A model generated the notes under the pieces. That model searched no databases. It was not told the origin of the DNA and was given only the letters and a program-made list of their open reading frames with translations. The position numbers and the translations under genes are program-made. From contig CAZFNC010000001.1 of the NCBI GenBank assembly GCA_964520485.1, forward strand, positions 495 to 64,494: a stretch of DNA of 64,000 nucleotides, read 5' to 3'. The stretch's first letter is position 1. Each line of letters starts with the position of its first letter. The DNA comes from an uncultured Synergistaceae bacterium. GTDB taxonomy: Bacteria; Synergistota; Synergistia; Synergistales; Dethiosulfovibrionaceae. This document shows positions 26,984 to 36,140 of this stretch, one piece after another.

Positions 26984-27943
26984 TTATTTTTTCAAGGTCT
27001 GGTTTGCGATCTGACCTTTCGGGAGCTCTCGGAACAGGTCCTTGGAGGCGCCGGCTCGCAGCAGATAGCTGTCGGTGTTGTGCCCGAGCAGTTCCACGAC
27101 CCGCCGGCTGATGGCCGTGGCCTTGTCGAGGTCGATGCCGGTCGCCACTCCCATTTCCTCGCACATGTGCAGCAGGTCCTCGGTCGCGATGTTCCCCGCC
27201 GCGCCCGGCACGAAGGGACATCCCCCCGCGCCGGCGAAGCTGGAGTCGTACTGGGTGAAACCGGCCTGCATACCTGCCAGCACGTTTGCTAATCCCAATC
27301 CCCTGGTGTTGTGGAAGTGAAGCCACCAGTTCACTTGAGGATAGCAGCGCTTCATCTCCTGGCACATGTCATATACCTGAGTGGGATAGGCCATGCCGGA
27401 AGCGTCCGAGAGGCTGATCTCTTCAACGCCAACGTTCAGGTAAGCCTCCACGATGTCTTTGACGTCCCGAAGGGGGATTTCGTTGTCCCACGGAGAACCA
27501 AAGGCCATAGAGATGGAGCCGGAGATGGCGATTCCGGCGTCTTCCGCTTTCTTGACGCACTCGGCAAAGCCGCTCACAGTCTGGGCTGGTGTGCGGTTGA
27601 GGTTGGCCAGGTTGTGAGACACGCTGGCGGAGACGTTCAGCTTCACCTTCGTGCATCCGCACGCGACGGCCCTGTCCACGCCCCTGGCGTTGGCGATCAG
27701 GGCGCGGTACTCCACCCCGTCCTTTCGCTTCATGCCCCGAAAGACTTCGTCCGTGTTGGCCATCTGGGGCACCGCCTTGGGACTGACGAAACTGCCTACT
27801 TCGATCACGGGGAACCCCGCTTCCCCCATGGCGTCAATCAGTTCGATCTTTTCCTCGGCGCTGAACATCCGTTTTTCGTTCTGCAGACCGTCACGCGTGC
27901 CTACCTCGCACACCTTCATGCTTTTGACCAAATCCAAAGACAT
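26984..27943 (-). CDS. Hydroxymethylglutaryl-CoA lyase family protein
   Basis: EVGTRDGLQNE, GSFVSPKAVPQMA, HFHNTRG, GGCPFVPGAAGNIATEDL; substrate unverified. Confidence 0.92.
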   Translation of the reverse strand: MSLDLVKSMKVCEVGTRDGLQNEKRMFSAEEKIELIDAMGEAGFPVIEVGSFVSPKAVPQMANTDEVFRGMKRKDGVEYRALIANARGVDRAVACGCTKVKLNVSASVSHNLANLNRTPAQTVSGFAECVKKAEDAGIAISGSISMAFGSPWDNEIPLRDVKDIVEAYLNVGVEEISLSDASGMAYPTQVYDMCQEMKRCYPQVNWWLHFHNTRGLGLANVLAGMQAGFTQYDSSFAGAGGCPFVPGAAGNIATEDLLHMCEEMGVATGIDLDKATAISRRVVELLGHNTDSYLLRAGASKDLFRELPKGQIANQTLKK

Positions 27944-28400
27944 GGCGCTGCTCTCCTTTCATGTTTACCGCCAAGCGGCGGCAAATGTTTGACCGGCCTG
28001 AACCGTCGAGCTTCCCCAAGCCCGTCGAAAAATGACGGGTATCGTTTTTATATCAGGAAATCACCTTCTTTGCGGTGTGAGTCGCCTACGGCGGCTCTTC
28101 TCTGCGTGTTCTGTCGACGGGCGGCGTCGGATCCGCTTCGTTGCCGTACGATTCCGCTTTGACACGCTTTTTCGGTGGTCTGTGAAAAAGGTCGCCGCGA
28201 GAGCGGCGACGCCCCCGGCGACGTCTTCTGAAACTCGAACGCCCCGCTCAAGCTTCTTATTTCGCGCGCTTATTCTCCCGCGACGGGCGGAACCTCGCGC
28301 GTCTTTCCCGTCTCTCTCGCGCAAAGCGGTCAACTTTACTTTTGCCATATGCAGAATATCATTGATCGAGGCAAATATAAAGCAGACGAAATTTGACATG

Positions 28401-28417
28401 GGCAAATATTATTTGCC
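28401..28417. promoter_or_regulatory. Palindromic operator candidate upstream of the HMG-CoA lyase gene
   Basis: Perfect GGCAAATA-T-TATTTGCC; extra half-sites GGCAAATA at 28370 and TTTGCC at 28341 in an AT-rich patch. Confidence 0.55.
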
Positions 28418-28794
28418 GCGGAGAGCACGGCGGAACGCCCGCCGTGCCGCTTTCGCGCTAAGGGTCTTCCGCGCGCCGCGGGAGAGAAAAAACGTCTGCC
28501 GCGGGCAATGAGGCAGACGGCAGACATTTTCTCTGTTTTACGAAGGAGCTTTTTTATCCTTTCACAATGAGACGTTTGTTGTGGAACATCCCGAACAGCG
28601 CGTCGTGTTTTTCCGTCCTCTGTGCGGCGGAATTTACGTCATACCAAGCGTAGGAAACCCTCTCGCGGACAGTGCCCGCTTCATCGGCCGCAACGCCGAC
28701 CGGCGCGCTGTGTCACACGGGAGAGACGGGAAACGGGGCCCGTAATAAGGAGCACGAAATTGAGAGAGATAACGCAGGGGATCCTTTGTTTTTG

Positions 28795-30132
28795 TCACCC
28801 GTCCCACGAACGCGACTCGCGGCGCAGCAGACAGGCCATGGTCACGCCGCCGATCAGATCGGCGCCTGCCAGCGTCAGCCAGACGCCGTCTGTTCCCCAT
28901 AGGCGCGGCAGCGCCAGCAGCAGAAGAATGGCCGATAACTGCCTGAACATGTTGAAGCAGAAAGCCGTTCGCGCCCGTCCCAGCGCTTCAAACACGTAAC
29001 CGCCGACCACGGCGAAGGCTCCGAGGGGCATGAGCGCGTAGCCTATGCGCAGGCTGCGCGCCGTGCGGGCGAGCACGTCCGCGTCGGTCGTGAAAAACGA
29101 CGCCAGCGCCTCCGGCCAGATCAGAGCGACGACTTCCGACGCGGTGTACCACAGGACGCCGGCGCCGAGAGCCAGACGGACAGCGCTGCGCACGCGGTCA
29201 AAGTTGCGCGCGCCGAAGTTGTAGCCGACCACGGGCGCCGTGCCCTCGGCGACGCCCATGACGGGCAGGAACATCAGACTGTCGATGCCGAAGAATATCC
29301 CCATCGCCGACAGAGCCGACTCGCCGCCATAGGCTCCGAGCAGCACGTTGAACATCGCCATCATCACCGAGAAGAAAATGTTGACCAGAAACGGAGATGA
29401 GCCGATAAAGAGCATCTCAGGGGCGCAGTCGCGGTACGGTCGGAACTCGCTGAGACGAAAGCGCAACTCGCTCCTGCCGAGCGCGTAAAACCCCGCCGTC
29501 CACAGCAGGGCGAACATCTGTGAAAGCACCGTGCCCCAGGCGGCTCCGGCCACTCCCATGCCGAAGTTCATGATGAACAGCCGGTCCAGCGCCACGTTCA
29601 GACCAGAGGCGACCACCAGCGCCCACATGGCGGGAGCTGGGTGTCCTTCGGCCCGAAGCGTGCTCATCAACAACCTCGTGATGAACGGAGCCGGTATGGC
29701 GGGAGCGGTGATACGCAGATACTCCAACGTGAGGGGCGTCATGCCGCCCGTCGCGCCGCACAAGGTCGCCAGCTGCGGCAGGCGCAGCAGAAGCGGTGGC
29801 AGAAAGACGGCCAGAAACAGCAGGGAGCAGCTCAGCCCGTTAGAGAAAGCCCGTTCAGCGCGCCGCGGGTCTCCCGCTCCCAGAAATCGTGAAATCTGCG
29901 ACGCGGCGCCAACGCTGAACAGCGCCGAGAACGCCTCGACGGCCAACACGAGGGGAAAGACCACGGAAACGGCGGCCAGCCCAGCGGGACCCACGAAACG
30001 GCCGATAAAAAAGCGATCGACGATGTTGTACAGCGCGTTCGCCAGCACGCCGATCGTCGCCGGCAGCGCGAAGCCGAGGACCAGCATGGGGACGGGAGCG
30101 GTCCCCATGCGTTCGGATGACGTTTGCGCCAC
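28795..30132 (-). CDS. MATE family efflux transporter
   Basis: 445 aa; LYNIVDRFFIG, NVALDRLFI, PVVGYNFGARN. Confidence 0.92.
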   Translation of the reverse strand: MAQTSSERMGTAPVPMLVLGFALPATIGVLANALYNIVDRFFIGRFVGPAGLAAVSVVFPLVLAVEAFSALFSVGAASQISRFLGAGDPRRAERAFSNGLSCSLLFLAVFLPPLLLRLPQLATLCGATGGMTPLTLEYLRITAPAIPAPFITRLLMSTLRAEGHPAPAMWALVVASGLNVALDRLFIMNFGMGVAGAAWGTVLSQMFALLWTAGFYALGRSELRFRLSEFRPYRDCAPEMLFIGSSPFLVNIFFSVMMAMFNVLLGAYGGESALSAMGIFFGIDSLMFLPVMGVAEGTAPVVGYNFGARNFDRVRSAVRLALGAGVLWYTASEVVALIWPEALASFFTTDADVLARTARSLRIGYALMPLGAFAVVGGYVFEALGRARTAFCFNMFRQLSAILLLLALPRLWGTDGVWLTLAGADLIGGVTMACLLRRESRSWDG

Positions 30133-30134
30133 GT

Positions 30135-30551
30135 TCAGACCAACGTTGAGATCACGGGCGAGACGGACTGGATCGCCTTGAGCGCCCGCAGCGAGGTGAG
30201 AAACTCCCTCACGCGCGCGCCGTCGCCGCGCACGATGACCACCTCAAGACAGTGATGATGGTCCACGTGCACGTGAGTCGCGCAGACGATGATCTCCCCG
30301 AAGTCGTGCTGAAGCTCAGTGAGACGGTTCGTCGCGTCGTTGGCGTGGTGGTTGTAGGTCATCGTGATCGTACCGTAGACTTGACCGTCCTTTTTCCACG
30401 TGTCCTGCGCGACGTATTCCCTTATGAGCTGCCGCAGCGCTTCCGAGCGGTTGGGGAGTCCCGCTTCCTCCAGACGTTTGTCAAAGCTGTCAAGCAGATT
30501 TTCGGGCACGGCGACGCCGAAACGCACAAGCGGCGTTACTTCTCTGAGCAT
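30135..30551 (-). CDS. nikR: Nickel-responsive transcriptional regulator NikR
   Basis: RHH N-terminus VRFGVAVPENLL..FD, NRSEALRQLIR; Ni site YNHH and HVHVDHHHCLEV. Confidence 0.92.
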   Translation of the reverse strand: MLREVTPLVRFGVAVPENLLDSFDKRLEEAGLPNRSEALRQLIREYVAQDTWKKDGQVYGTITMTYNHHANDATNRLTELQHDFGEIIVCATHVHVDHHHCLEVVIVRGDGARVREFLTSLRALKAIQSVSPVISTLV

Positions 30552-31405
30552 GACCCCGAGTCTCCTTTCATCCGAGGGGGACGGGCGACGACGAACGGCT
30601 GCGTGCACTCGTCGCGATCCATCACGAAAATGTCGTACCACATACTGTAGAACTTGTCGATATGCTCAATCACGTAGCCGTCCTGACAGTGATCCGCCGT
30701 GTCGTGAGGGTCCGCGAGGATCAGAACGCCGTGGGCGGGATTGTTCGTTCCCATGTCGTCGTAGCCGATGACGACACGCCAGTGCGCTCCCCAGTCGATG
30801 TTTTCCACCATGATCGGCGCGCCCGAGAGGATCGTGCGGCGGCAGTATTCGGCGAAACTTTCGAGCGTGGGAAAGGTCTTCGCGGCCTCCGACCGCCACG
30901 GGTCGTAGACGTGGTCGTCTTCTGGCGCGCGCCCGGCGCACTCCAGGTTTGATTCAACCTCCCAGCCGAGCGACTCGAAAAACTTTACGAGGTCGCTGAC
31001 GGGGATGGGGCGTCGCGTTTCGGGCGGCAGCCCGTGAAAGGACGCCATTTTGTCGGCTATCTGCAGTTCCTCCCAGCCCGTGAAGCCGAAATGACAGAGC
31101 GTCATCAGCGCGATCGCGGACGCGCAAGTGTAACCGCGCGTCTGCTGGTAGGTGCGAAAACACGGGAGAATCGACAGCGAGCCGCGGCTGTAAGAGTGAT
31201 AAAAGTCAATCCGGGGGAAGTACGGGGAATCCGGAACGTCGGCCGCCTTGAAATAGGCTGTCGCTTCCGACTCAAGGGCATAGCCGTTGGGAACGGGAAT
31301 TCGCGGTTCGAGATACCAGCGCTCACGGACGATCGCCGCTTCGTGAGGGCTCAGCGTCTCAAGACGAGGCATCGGCGGCATGTTCTTTCCTGACGCGTTC
31401 GGCAT
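30536..31405 (-). CDS. C39-like (papain-fold) cysteine peptidase
   Basis: YQQTRGYTCASA (Gln/Cys), GAHWRVVIGYDD (His), LADP (Asp); AGGGGGG SD before 31405; overlaps nikR. Confidence 0.75.
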   Translation of the reverse strand: MPNASGKNMPPMPRLETLSPHEAAIVRERWYLEPRIPVPNGYALESEATAYFKAADVPDSPYFPRIDFYHSYSRGSLSILPCFRTYQQTRGYTCASAIALMTLCHFGFTGWEELQIADKMASFHGLPPETRRPIPVSDLVKFFESLGWEVESNLECAGRAPEDDHVYDPWRSEAAKTFPTLESFAEYCRRTILSGAPIMVENIDWGAHWRVVIGYDDMGTNNPAHGVLILADPHDTADHCQDGYVIEHIDKFYSMWYDIFVMDRDECTQPFVVARPPRMKGDSGSCSEK

Positions 31406-31641
31406 CGAAGCGCCCCCCTTTCATGAAATTTCTGTACGTTCCCCGCGCGGTCGCGTCAGGGGAGCTGAAGAAGCCTTTCTCACGAAGACACTTTCGTATT
31501 ATAGCGCACTTCCGCGCGGTTTTGCGAAAAATTATCGCCCCTTCGACGCGCGTTTTTTCTTGTGTCCCAGTCCGTCCGCGTTTTACCGGCGCCGGTGGAA
31601 GAGGACTTGAACGGAGCCGTCGCGCGATCCTAAATTGGTTA

Positions 31642-31670
31642 TTGACATTAATTCGTGTTTGAGTTAAAAA
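31642..31670 (+). promoter_or_regulatory. Promoter of permease-PRTase operon
   Basis: TTGACA-N17-TAAAAA. Confidence 0.6.
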
Positions 31671-31719
31671 GTAACGTGTTTTCCGCTTCCAAAAAAACAT
31701 GACTGGAGTGTGAACGCGA

Positions 31720-32826
31720 ATGTTTACGGATCTACTGACCGCGCTGGCGGTCGTCGTCAACGGCATCCCTCAAGGATTGCTGGCGCTGATGTACGGGTTC
31801 GCGGCGCTGCCGACGGCGCTGGCGTTTCTCGTGGGCGCCGGCGGCTCGCTGTATTTCGGTTCGGTGGCGACGATCTCGTTTCAGGCGGAAACGATCGCGC
31901 TTGCGGGCAATCTCGGCACGAACGTGCGCGAGCGGCTCAGCATGGTGTTCTGGGGCGCCGTCTTTTTGCTTGTGCCGTCGCTGATGGGAATGAACGAGGC
32001 GATCGTGGCGTGGATCGGACCGGCGGTCGTCGATTCGATGATGGCGGGCGTCGGCTTGATGCTCGCGAACGTCTCCGTCGAGATGCTCAAATCGGAGAAG
32101 CTGTCGGGCACGCTTTCCGTGGTCACGGCGCTGGCCACGTGGTTCGCGACGCGCGATCTGGCATGGACGATTATCGTCTCGGTGACGGCGGCGACCCTGC
32201 TGTACAATTATCTTCTGCGCGTGCGGAAGATGGAACTCGACAGGCTTTCGGCTGGCGTCGCCGAGGAGAGGATGACGTTCGGCAACATCGAGTGGCGCTT
32301 CTGGCGCAGCCGCCGCGTGCTTTCTGGCGCGCTGGCGATGGCGTGCATCAACATCGGCGCGAACATCTCGTTCGGAAAGATCACCGCTTCGATCGCCAAC
32401 GCGAACGCCAACATCGATCACCTCGCGATCTATTCCAGCCTTGCCGACATCGTGTCCACGCTGTTCGGCGGTTCCCCTGTGGAGTCGATTATCTCCGGCA
32501 CGGCCACGGCGCCCAATCCCGTGCGTTCATCGGTGATGATGATGCTGATCATGGCGGCGCTGCTGCTTCTGCGCCTGCTCCCCACGATCGGACGTTACGT
32601 GCACCGTTCATCGATCGCGGGTTTCCTGCTGGTGCTGGGAGTGTTCGTGACGTTCATCAACAACACGGCGCTGGCTCTGGCTGCCGTACCGCCCGAGTCG
32701 CTGAACGGGTTTGGTTTCGCCCCGTGGGGCATGGTGGTCGGTGCCACGATCTTCGCTTCGGCGCGCTGGAATCCTTTTGTGGGTTTGATCGCGGGCGTCA
32801 TGATCCGCATGATCTTCCAACTTTAA
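31720..32826 (+). CDS. NCS2/AzgA-like nucleobase permease
   Basis: 368 aa hydrophobic; GSVATISFQAETI, FGGSPVESIISGTA; upstream of a purine PRTase. Confidence 0.75.
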   Translation: MFTDLLTALAVVVNGIPQGLLALMYGFAALPTALAFLVGAGGSLYFGSVATISFQAETIALAGNLGTNVRERLSMVFWGAVFLLVPSLMGMNEAIVAWIGPAVVDSMMAGVGLMLANVSVEMLKSEKLSGTLSVVTALATWFATRDLAWTIIVSVTAATLLYNYLLRVRKMELDRLSAGVAEERMTFGNIEWRFWRSRRVLSGALAMACINIGANISFGKITASIANANANIDHLAIYSSLADIVSTLFGGSPVESIISGTATAPNPVRSSVMMMLIMAALLLLRLLPTIGRYVHRSSIAGFLLVLGVFVTFINNTALALAAVPPESLNGFGFAPWGMVVGATIFASARWNPFVGLIAGVMIRMIFQL

Positions 32827-32842
32827 AAGGAGATGTTTACAC

Positions 32843-33385
32843 ATGGAACAAACGTATGAACTTCACATCGCGGGGTTGACGCGCAGGCTTCCCATTCACC
32901 GAGTGAACGATCATCTGTCGATCGCCAGTTTCATCATGCTGGGCGATACGGAACTGGTCGAAGCCTGCGCTCGGGAACTGGTCAAAAAACTCCCCGGGGA
33001 TATCGATTTTCTGGTCACTCCCGAAGCGAAGTCAATCCCCCTGACGCACGCGATGGCCCGCATCATGGGCATCGACTACGTCGTCATCCGCAAGTCAGTC
33101 AAGGTCTACATGGACGATCCTCTGATAGCCAACGTCAAGTCCATCACGACGGCCGCGCAGCAGCATCTCGTGATGGACAGCATCGACGTGAAAAAACTGT
33201 ATCACAAGCGCGTGGCTATCGTCGACGACGTGGTCTCGACGGGCGGTTCCCTGCACGCCGTCGATGAACTGCTGTCCAAGACGGGCTGCACGGTCGTCAC
33301 CAAGGTCGCGCCTCTGCTCGAAGAGGCGGGATACGACGGCCATGACCTGATGTGGCTGGAGCGTCTGCCGGTCTTTAAGGACTGA
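32843..33385 (+). CDS. Adenine phosphoribosyltransferase-like type I PRTase
   Basis: VTPEAKSIPL, VVIRKSVK, VAIVDDVVSTGGS (PRPP loop). Confidence 0.88.
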   Translation: MEQTYELHIAGLTRRLPIHRVNDHLSIASFIMLGDTELVEACARELVKKLPGDIDFLVTPEAKSIPLTHAMARIMGIDYVVIRKSVKVYMDDPLIANVKSITTAAQQHLVMDSIDVKKLYHKRVAIVDDVVSTGGSLHAVDELLSKTGCTVVTKVAPLLEEAGYDGHDLMWLERLPVFKD

Positions 33386-33442
33386 CATCCGCGTTCGCTG
33401 TTTGATCCGCGCCCCTGCGCCGTTTTTCCGAAGTCTGAGTTC

Positions 33443-33478
33443 AATCGAAGGCAGCATATGACCGCCTTCGATTTTTTT
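33443..33478 (+). terminator. Intrinsic terminator
   Basis: AATCGAAGGC / GCCTTCGATT stem plus T-tract. Confidence 0.8.
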
Positions 33479-33554
33479 GTGCGCGAGGCGCCGTTTTTGT
33501 CAAAAATGCGCTACAATGGAGACGTCATGCTTTCGTCGTCGGAGGTGAGCGGGT

Positions 33555-34637
33555 ATGGGGCGTGTTCTGGTTGTGCTCACGGGCGGCACGATCGCGAGCG
33601 GCTTTGACGATGGCGGAAAGACTCCTGCGCCGGGCGCGTCGGCGCGCCTGCGCGCGTCGCTCGAGGAACTGTTCGGCGAGCGCGGAGTGGACGCCGTTTA
33701 TTGTGAGCCGTTCGGCGACCCGGGCATCGACAGTTCGGAGATGGATCCCGGTCACTGGCTGACGCTCTCCCGTTGTGTTGCGAGGGAGCTTGAGCGCGGG
33801 CTGACGGGGGTGCTGGTCCTGCACGGCACAGACACAATGGCTTACACGGCGGCATGGCTGAGCCTGTGTTTCGGCAATTTGCCGGTCCCCGTGATCCTTA
33901 CGGGCAGCCAGCTGACGCTTGACTATATGCCCGAGGACGTGACCTCGAACTTGCGCGGCGCGGCGATGGCCTGCTGTTCCGATCTGCGCGGCGTCTGGGT
34001 GTACTTCAACTGGAAACTGATCCCCGGCGACCGCGCTCACAAGTCGCACGCCATGCACCCTGACGCCTTCAGCGCCGTCAACGGGCAGCCGCTCTTCTTC
34101 AACCCCGACTGGGCGCTGGAGTCGGCGCGAATCCCCCGGCGCATGTCAGATCCCGGCTGTCTCTCGCGGGAGACGCGCGCTCTTGACGCGCTGGATTCAC
34201 GGGAATTGCGCCGCCGCTGCGGGAAAATTCGCTGGTTTATGGCGGCGCCCGGCGCCAGTCCTCTTTGGAGCGGGGACGAACGCATTGTCTGTCTGCTCGG
34301 GTACGGCGCCGGCAACATGAGTCCTGTCGTGCTGGACAGCCTGAGAAGCGCGTTTGCGGAAGGGAAGAAACCTTGCGTTGTCGCGTGCAGTCAGGCCGAG
34401 GGCGGCGTCAAACATCCAGAAGGGTACGGGCGTGTGGGGATGGCTTGTCTCGCGCGCGACGGTTTTGTCGTGTTCAATCAGATGGACAGAACCGCGGAGT
34501 TCGTGCACAGCCTTTGTTGTTACGCGCTCGCCGTCGCTCCCTGCGCCCCCGGGACAGTGCTGGTTCGCTGGCTCCGAGAGTCGTTCCGTTCAGATGAACG
34601 CCTCGCCGAAGGGATGGCCCCTCATTCGTCACGTTGA
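33555..34637 (+). CDS. L-asparaginase (type I-like)
   Basis: LTGGTIAS and HGTDTMAY catalytic Thr motifs; LTGSQ; divergent C-terminal half. Confidence 0.88.
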   Translation: MGRVLVVLTGGTIASGFDDGGKTPAPGASARLRASLEELFGERGVDAVYCEPFGDPGIDSSEMDPGHWLTLSRCVARELERGLTGVLVLHGTDTMAYTAAWLSLCFGNLPVPVILTGSQLTLDYMPEDVTSNLRGAAMACCSDLRGVWVYFNWKLIPGDRAHKSHAMHPDAFSAVNGQPLFFNPDWALESARIPRRMSDPGCLSRETRALDALDSRELRRRCGKIRWFMAAPGASPLWSGDERIVCLLGYGAGNMSPVVLDSLRSAFAEGKKPCVVACSQAEGGVKHPEGYGRVGMACLARDGFVVFNQMDRTAEFVHSLCCYALAVAPCAPGTVLVRWLRESFRSDERLAEGMAPHSSR

Positions 34638-34833
34638 CGGTCTTCACGCCCGCTCGGTCCGCGTTGTCCGAAAAGACGAGCGGCGCGTCCGCCTGTCCGG
34701 TGGAAAGTTCCCTCCGGAAGTCTTTTCAATTCCGTCGTCACGCGGCGTTTATTGCGTAAAATGCCCGAGCTGAGTAAGATACCGCACGGGAAACTTTTGC
34801 CGCAGCGTGAGCGCTGCGCGAGGAGGAATATGA

Positions 34834-35727
34834 ATGAAATACAAAGCCCGCGGCAACTTTGTCGTGATATCGGGCATACTTGTCGCGGCCGTCGTCGGCG
34901 CTGTGTCGTATTTCACATGGGAGTTCCTGAACGCTCCCGCCCCGCCGCCGCAGCCGAAAATCCTCTACGGCGCGTCGCCCGCCGTTTACGTCGCATCGGC
35001 TCCCGACGGGGAAAAGGCAGAAGACGTCCCGTCCGCCGTTGTCCTCGGCGCGAACAAAGGCCTGACGGGTATCGCTCGGGGAAGCAAAGGCGGACTGGGG
35101 AGCACTTCCGCGTCCACAGGGCCCGGTAAGCGGAATGCCGCCAAGGGCGTCCCAAGGACCATCGCTGAAAGCGGAGAAAAGGGGAGATGGATTTTCATCG
35201 ACAAGGCGAATTTCCGGCTCTACCTTGCAGAGGGGACGAACGTCGTCAACTCGTGGGGCATCGCCGTCGGCAAGGTTCCCGGCAACAAAACGAAGTCCGG
35301 CGACATGCGCACGCCCGAAGGCGCAAATTTTACTGTGCTGCAGATACAAAACTCTTCGTCTTGGACGCACGACTTCAAGGACGGCAAGGGCGTTATCGAA
35401 AACGCCTACGGGCCGTGGTTCATCAGGCTCAAATGCGGTTGGCAGGGCATCGGCATCCACGGCACTCACGATCCCGCGTCGATCGGTACGCTTGCCACTG
35501 AAGGCTGCGTCCGCATGAACAACGACGATCTCGAGAAGCTCAAATCTCAGGTCGGGATCGGCATGAAAGTTGTGATCGGTCCCAACGCCACCGTCGCCGC
35601 GCCGGAAAAGAAAGGACAGACGAAGGCCGAAACGTCGGCGAGAAAGGCCCCCGACGAGAAAAAAAACCGCCGTGCGCCCGCGAAAAATACCACAAGAACG
35701 CCCGCAAAAAAGAGAGGGAAAAGATAG
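34834..35727 (+). CDS. L,D-transpeptidase (YkuD) family protein, N-terminally anchored
   Basis: N-terminal TM segment; MRTPEG; GIGIHGT...TEGCVRM (His/Cys); basic C-terminal tail. Confidence 0.9.
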   Translation: MKYKARGNFVVISGILVAAVVGAVSYFTWEFLNAPAPPPQPKILYGASPAVYVASAPDGEKAEDVPSAVVLGANKGLTGIARGSKGGLGSTSASTGPGKRNAAKGVPRTIAESGEKGRWIFIDKANFRLYLAEGTNVVNSWGIAVGKVPGNKTKSGDMRTPEGANFTVLQIQNSSSWTHDFKDGKGVIENAYGPWFIRLKCGWQGIGIHGTHDPASIGTLATEGCVRMNNDDLEKLKSQVGIGMKVVIGPNATVAAPEKKGQTKAETSARKAPDEKKNRRAPAKNTTRTPAKKRGKR

Positions 35728-35748
35728 GCGTTTTTCGCGAATTGCCCC

Positions 35749-35777
35749 TTGCAATTCCGAGCCGTATCTGCTAAAAT
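35749..35777 (+). promoter_or_regulatory. tRNA operon promoter
   Basis: TTGCAA-N17-TAAAAT with extended TG and CCCC discriminator. Confidence 0.75.
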
Positions 35778-35806
35778 CCCCTTTGTCGTCACTGAACGGT
35801 GTACGC

Positions 35807-35883
<77 letters not shown>

Positions 35884-35888
35884 CATAT

Positions 35889-35965
35889 GGCGGTATAGCT
35901 CAGATGGCTAGAGCATGCGGTTCATACCCGCAGTGTCACTGGTTCGATTCCAGTTACCGCCACCA
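35889..35965 (+). tRNA. tRNA-Met (elongator, CAT)
   Basis: 77 nt cloverleaf GGCGGTA...TACCGCC-A-CCA; CAT at 35923-35925; resembles elongator Met rather than Ile2 as recalled. Confidence 0.9.
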
Positions 35966-35971
35966 AAGATC

Positions 35972-36002
35972 ATCCTCTCGGAACCGTTCGAGAGGATTTT
36001 TT
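35972..36002 (+). terminator. Intrinsic terminator after tRNAs
   Basis: ATCCTCTCG / CGAGAGGAT stem plus T-tract. Confidence 0.85.
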
Positions 36003-36140
36003 GTTTTGCGCGCGCTTTTTTGATATAATCTTCGTGTTCGGTTCGTATCGAAAGGCGGAGCCGTAACGCAAGCGGACACGAGGCGATTTTTTATTCCGCC
36101 GCGGTCATTTGAAAAACGTCAATTAAAGGAGACGTTTTAC

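Noticed and set aside
28048-28511. Short ORFs upstream of the HMG-CoA lyase as a CoA-transferase remnant
   Set aside because: Translations are Arg/Ala-rich shadow sequence with no CaiB/BaiF motifs
31670-31720. Purine riboswitch before the nucleobase permease
   Set aside because: Leader is about 45 nt and lacks the aptamer core
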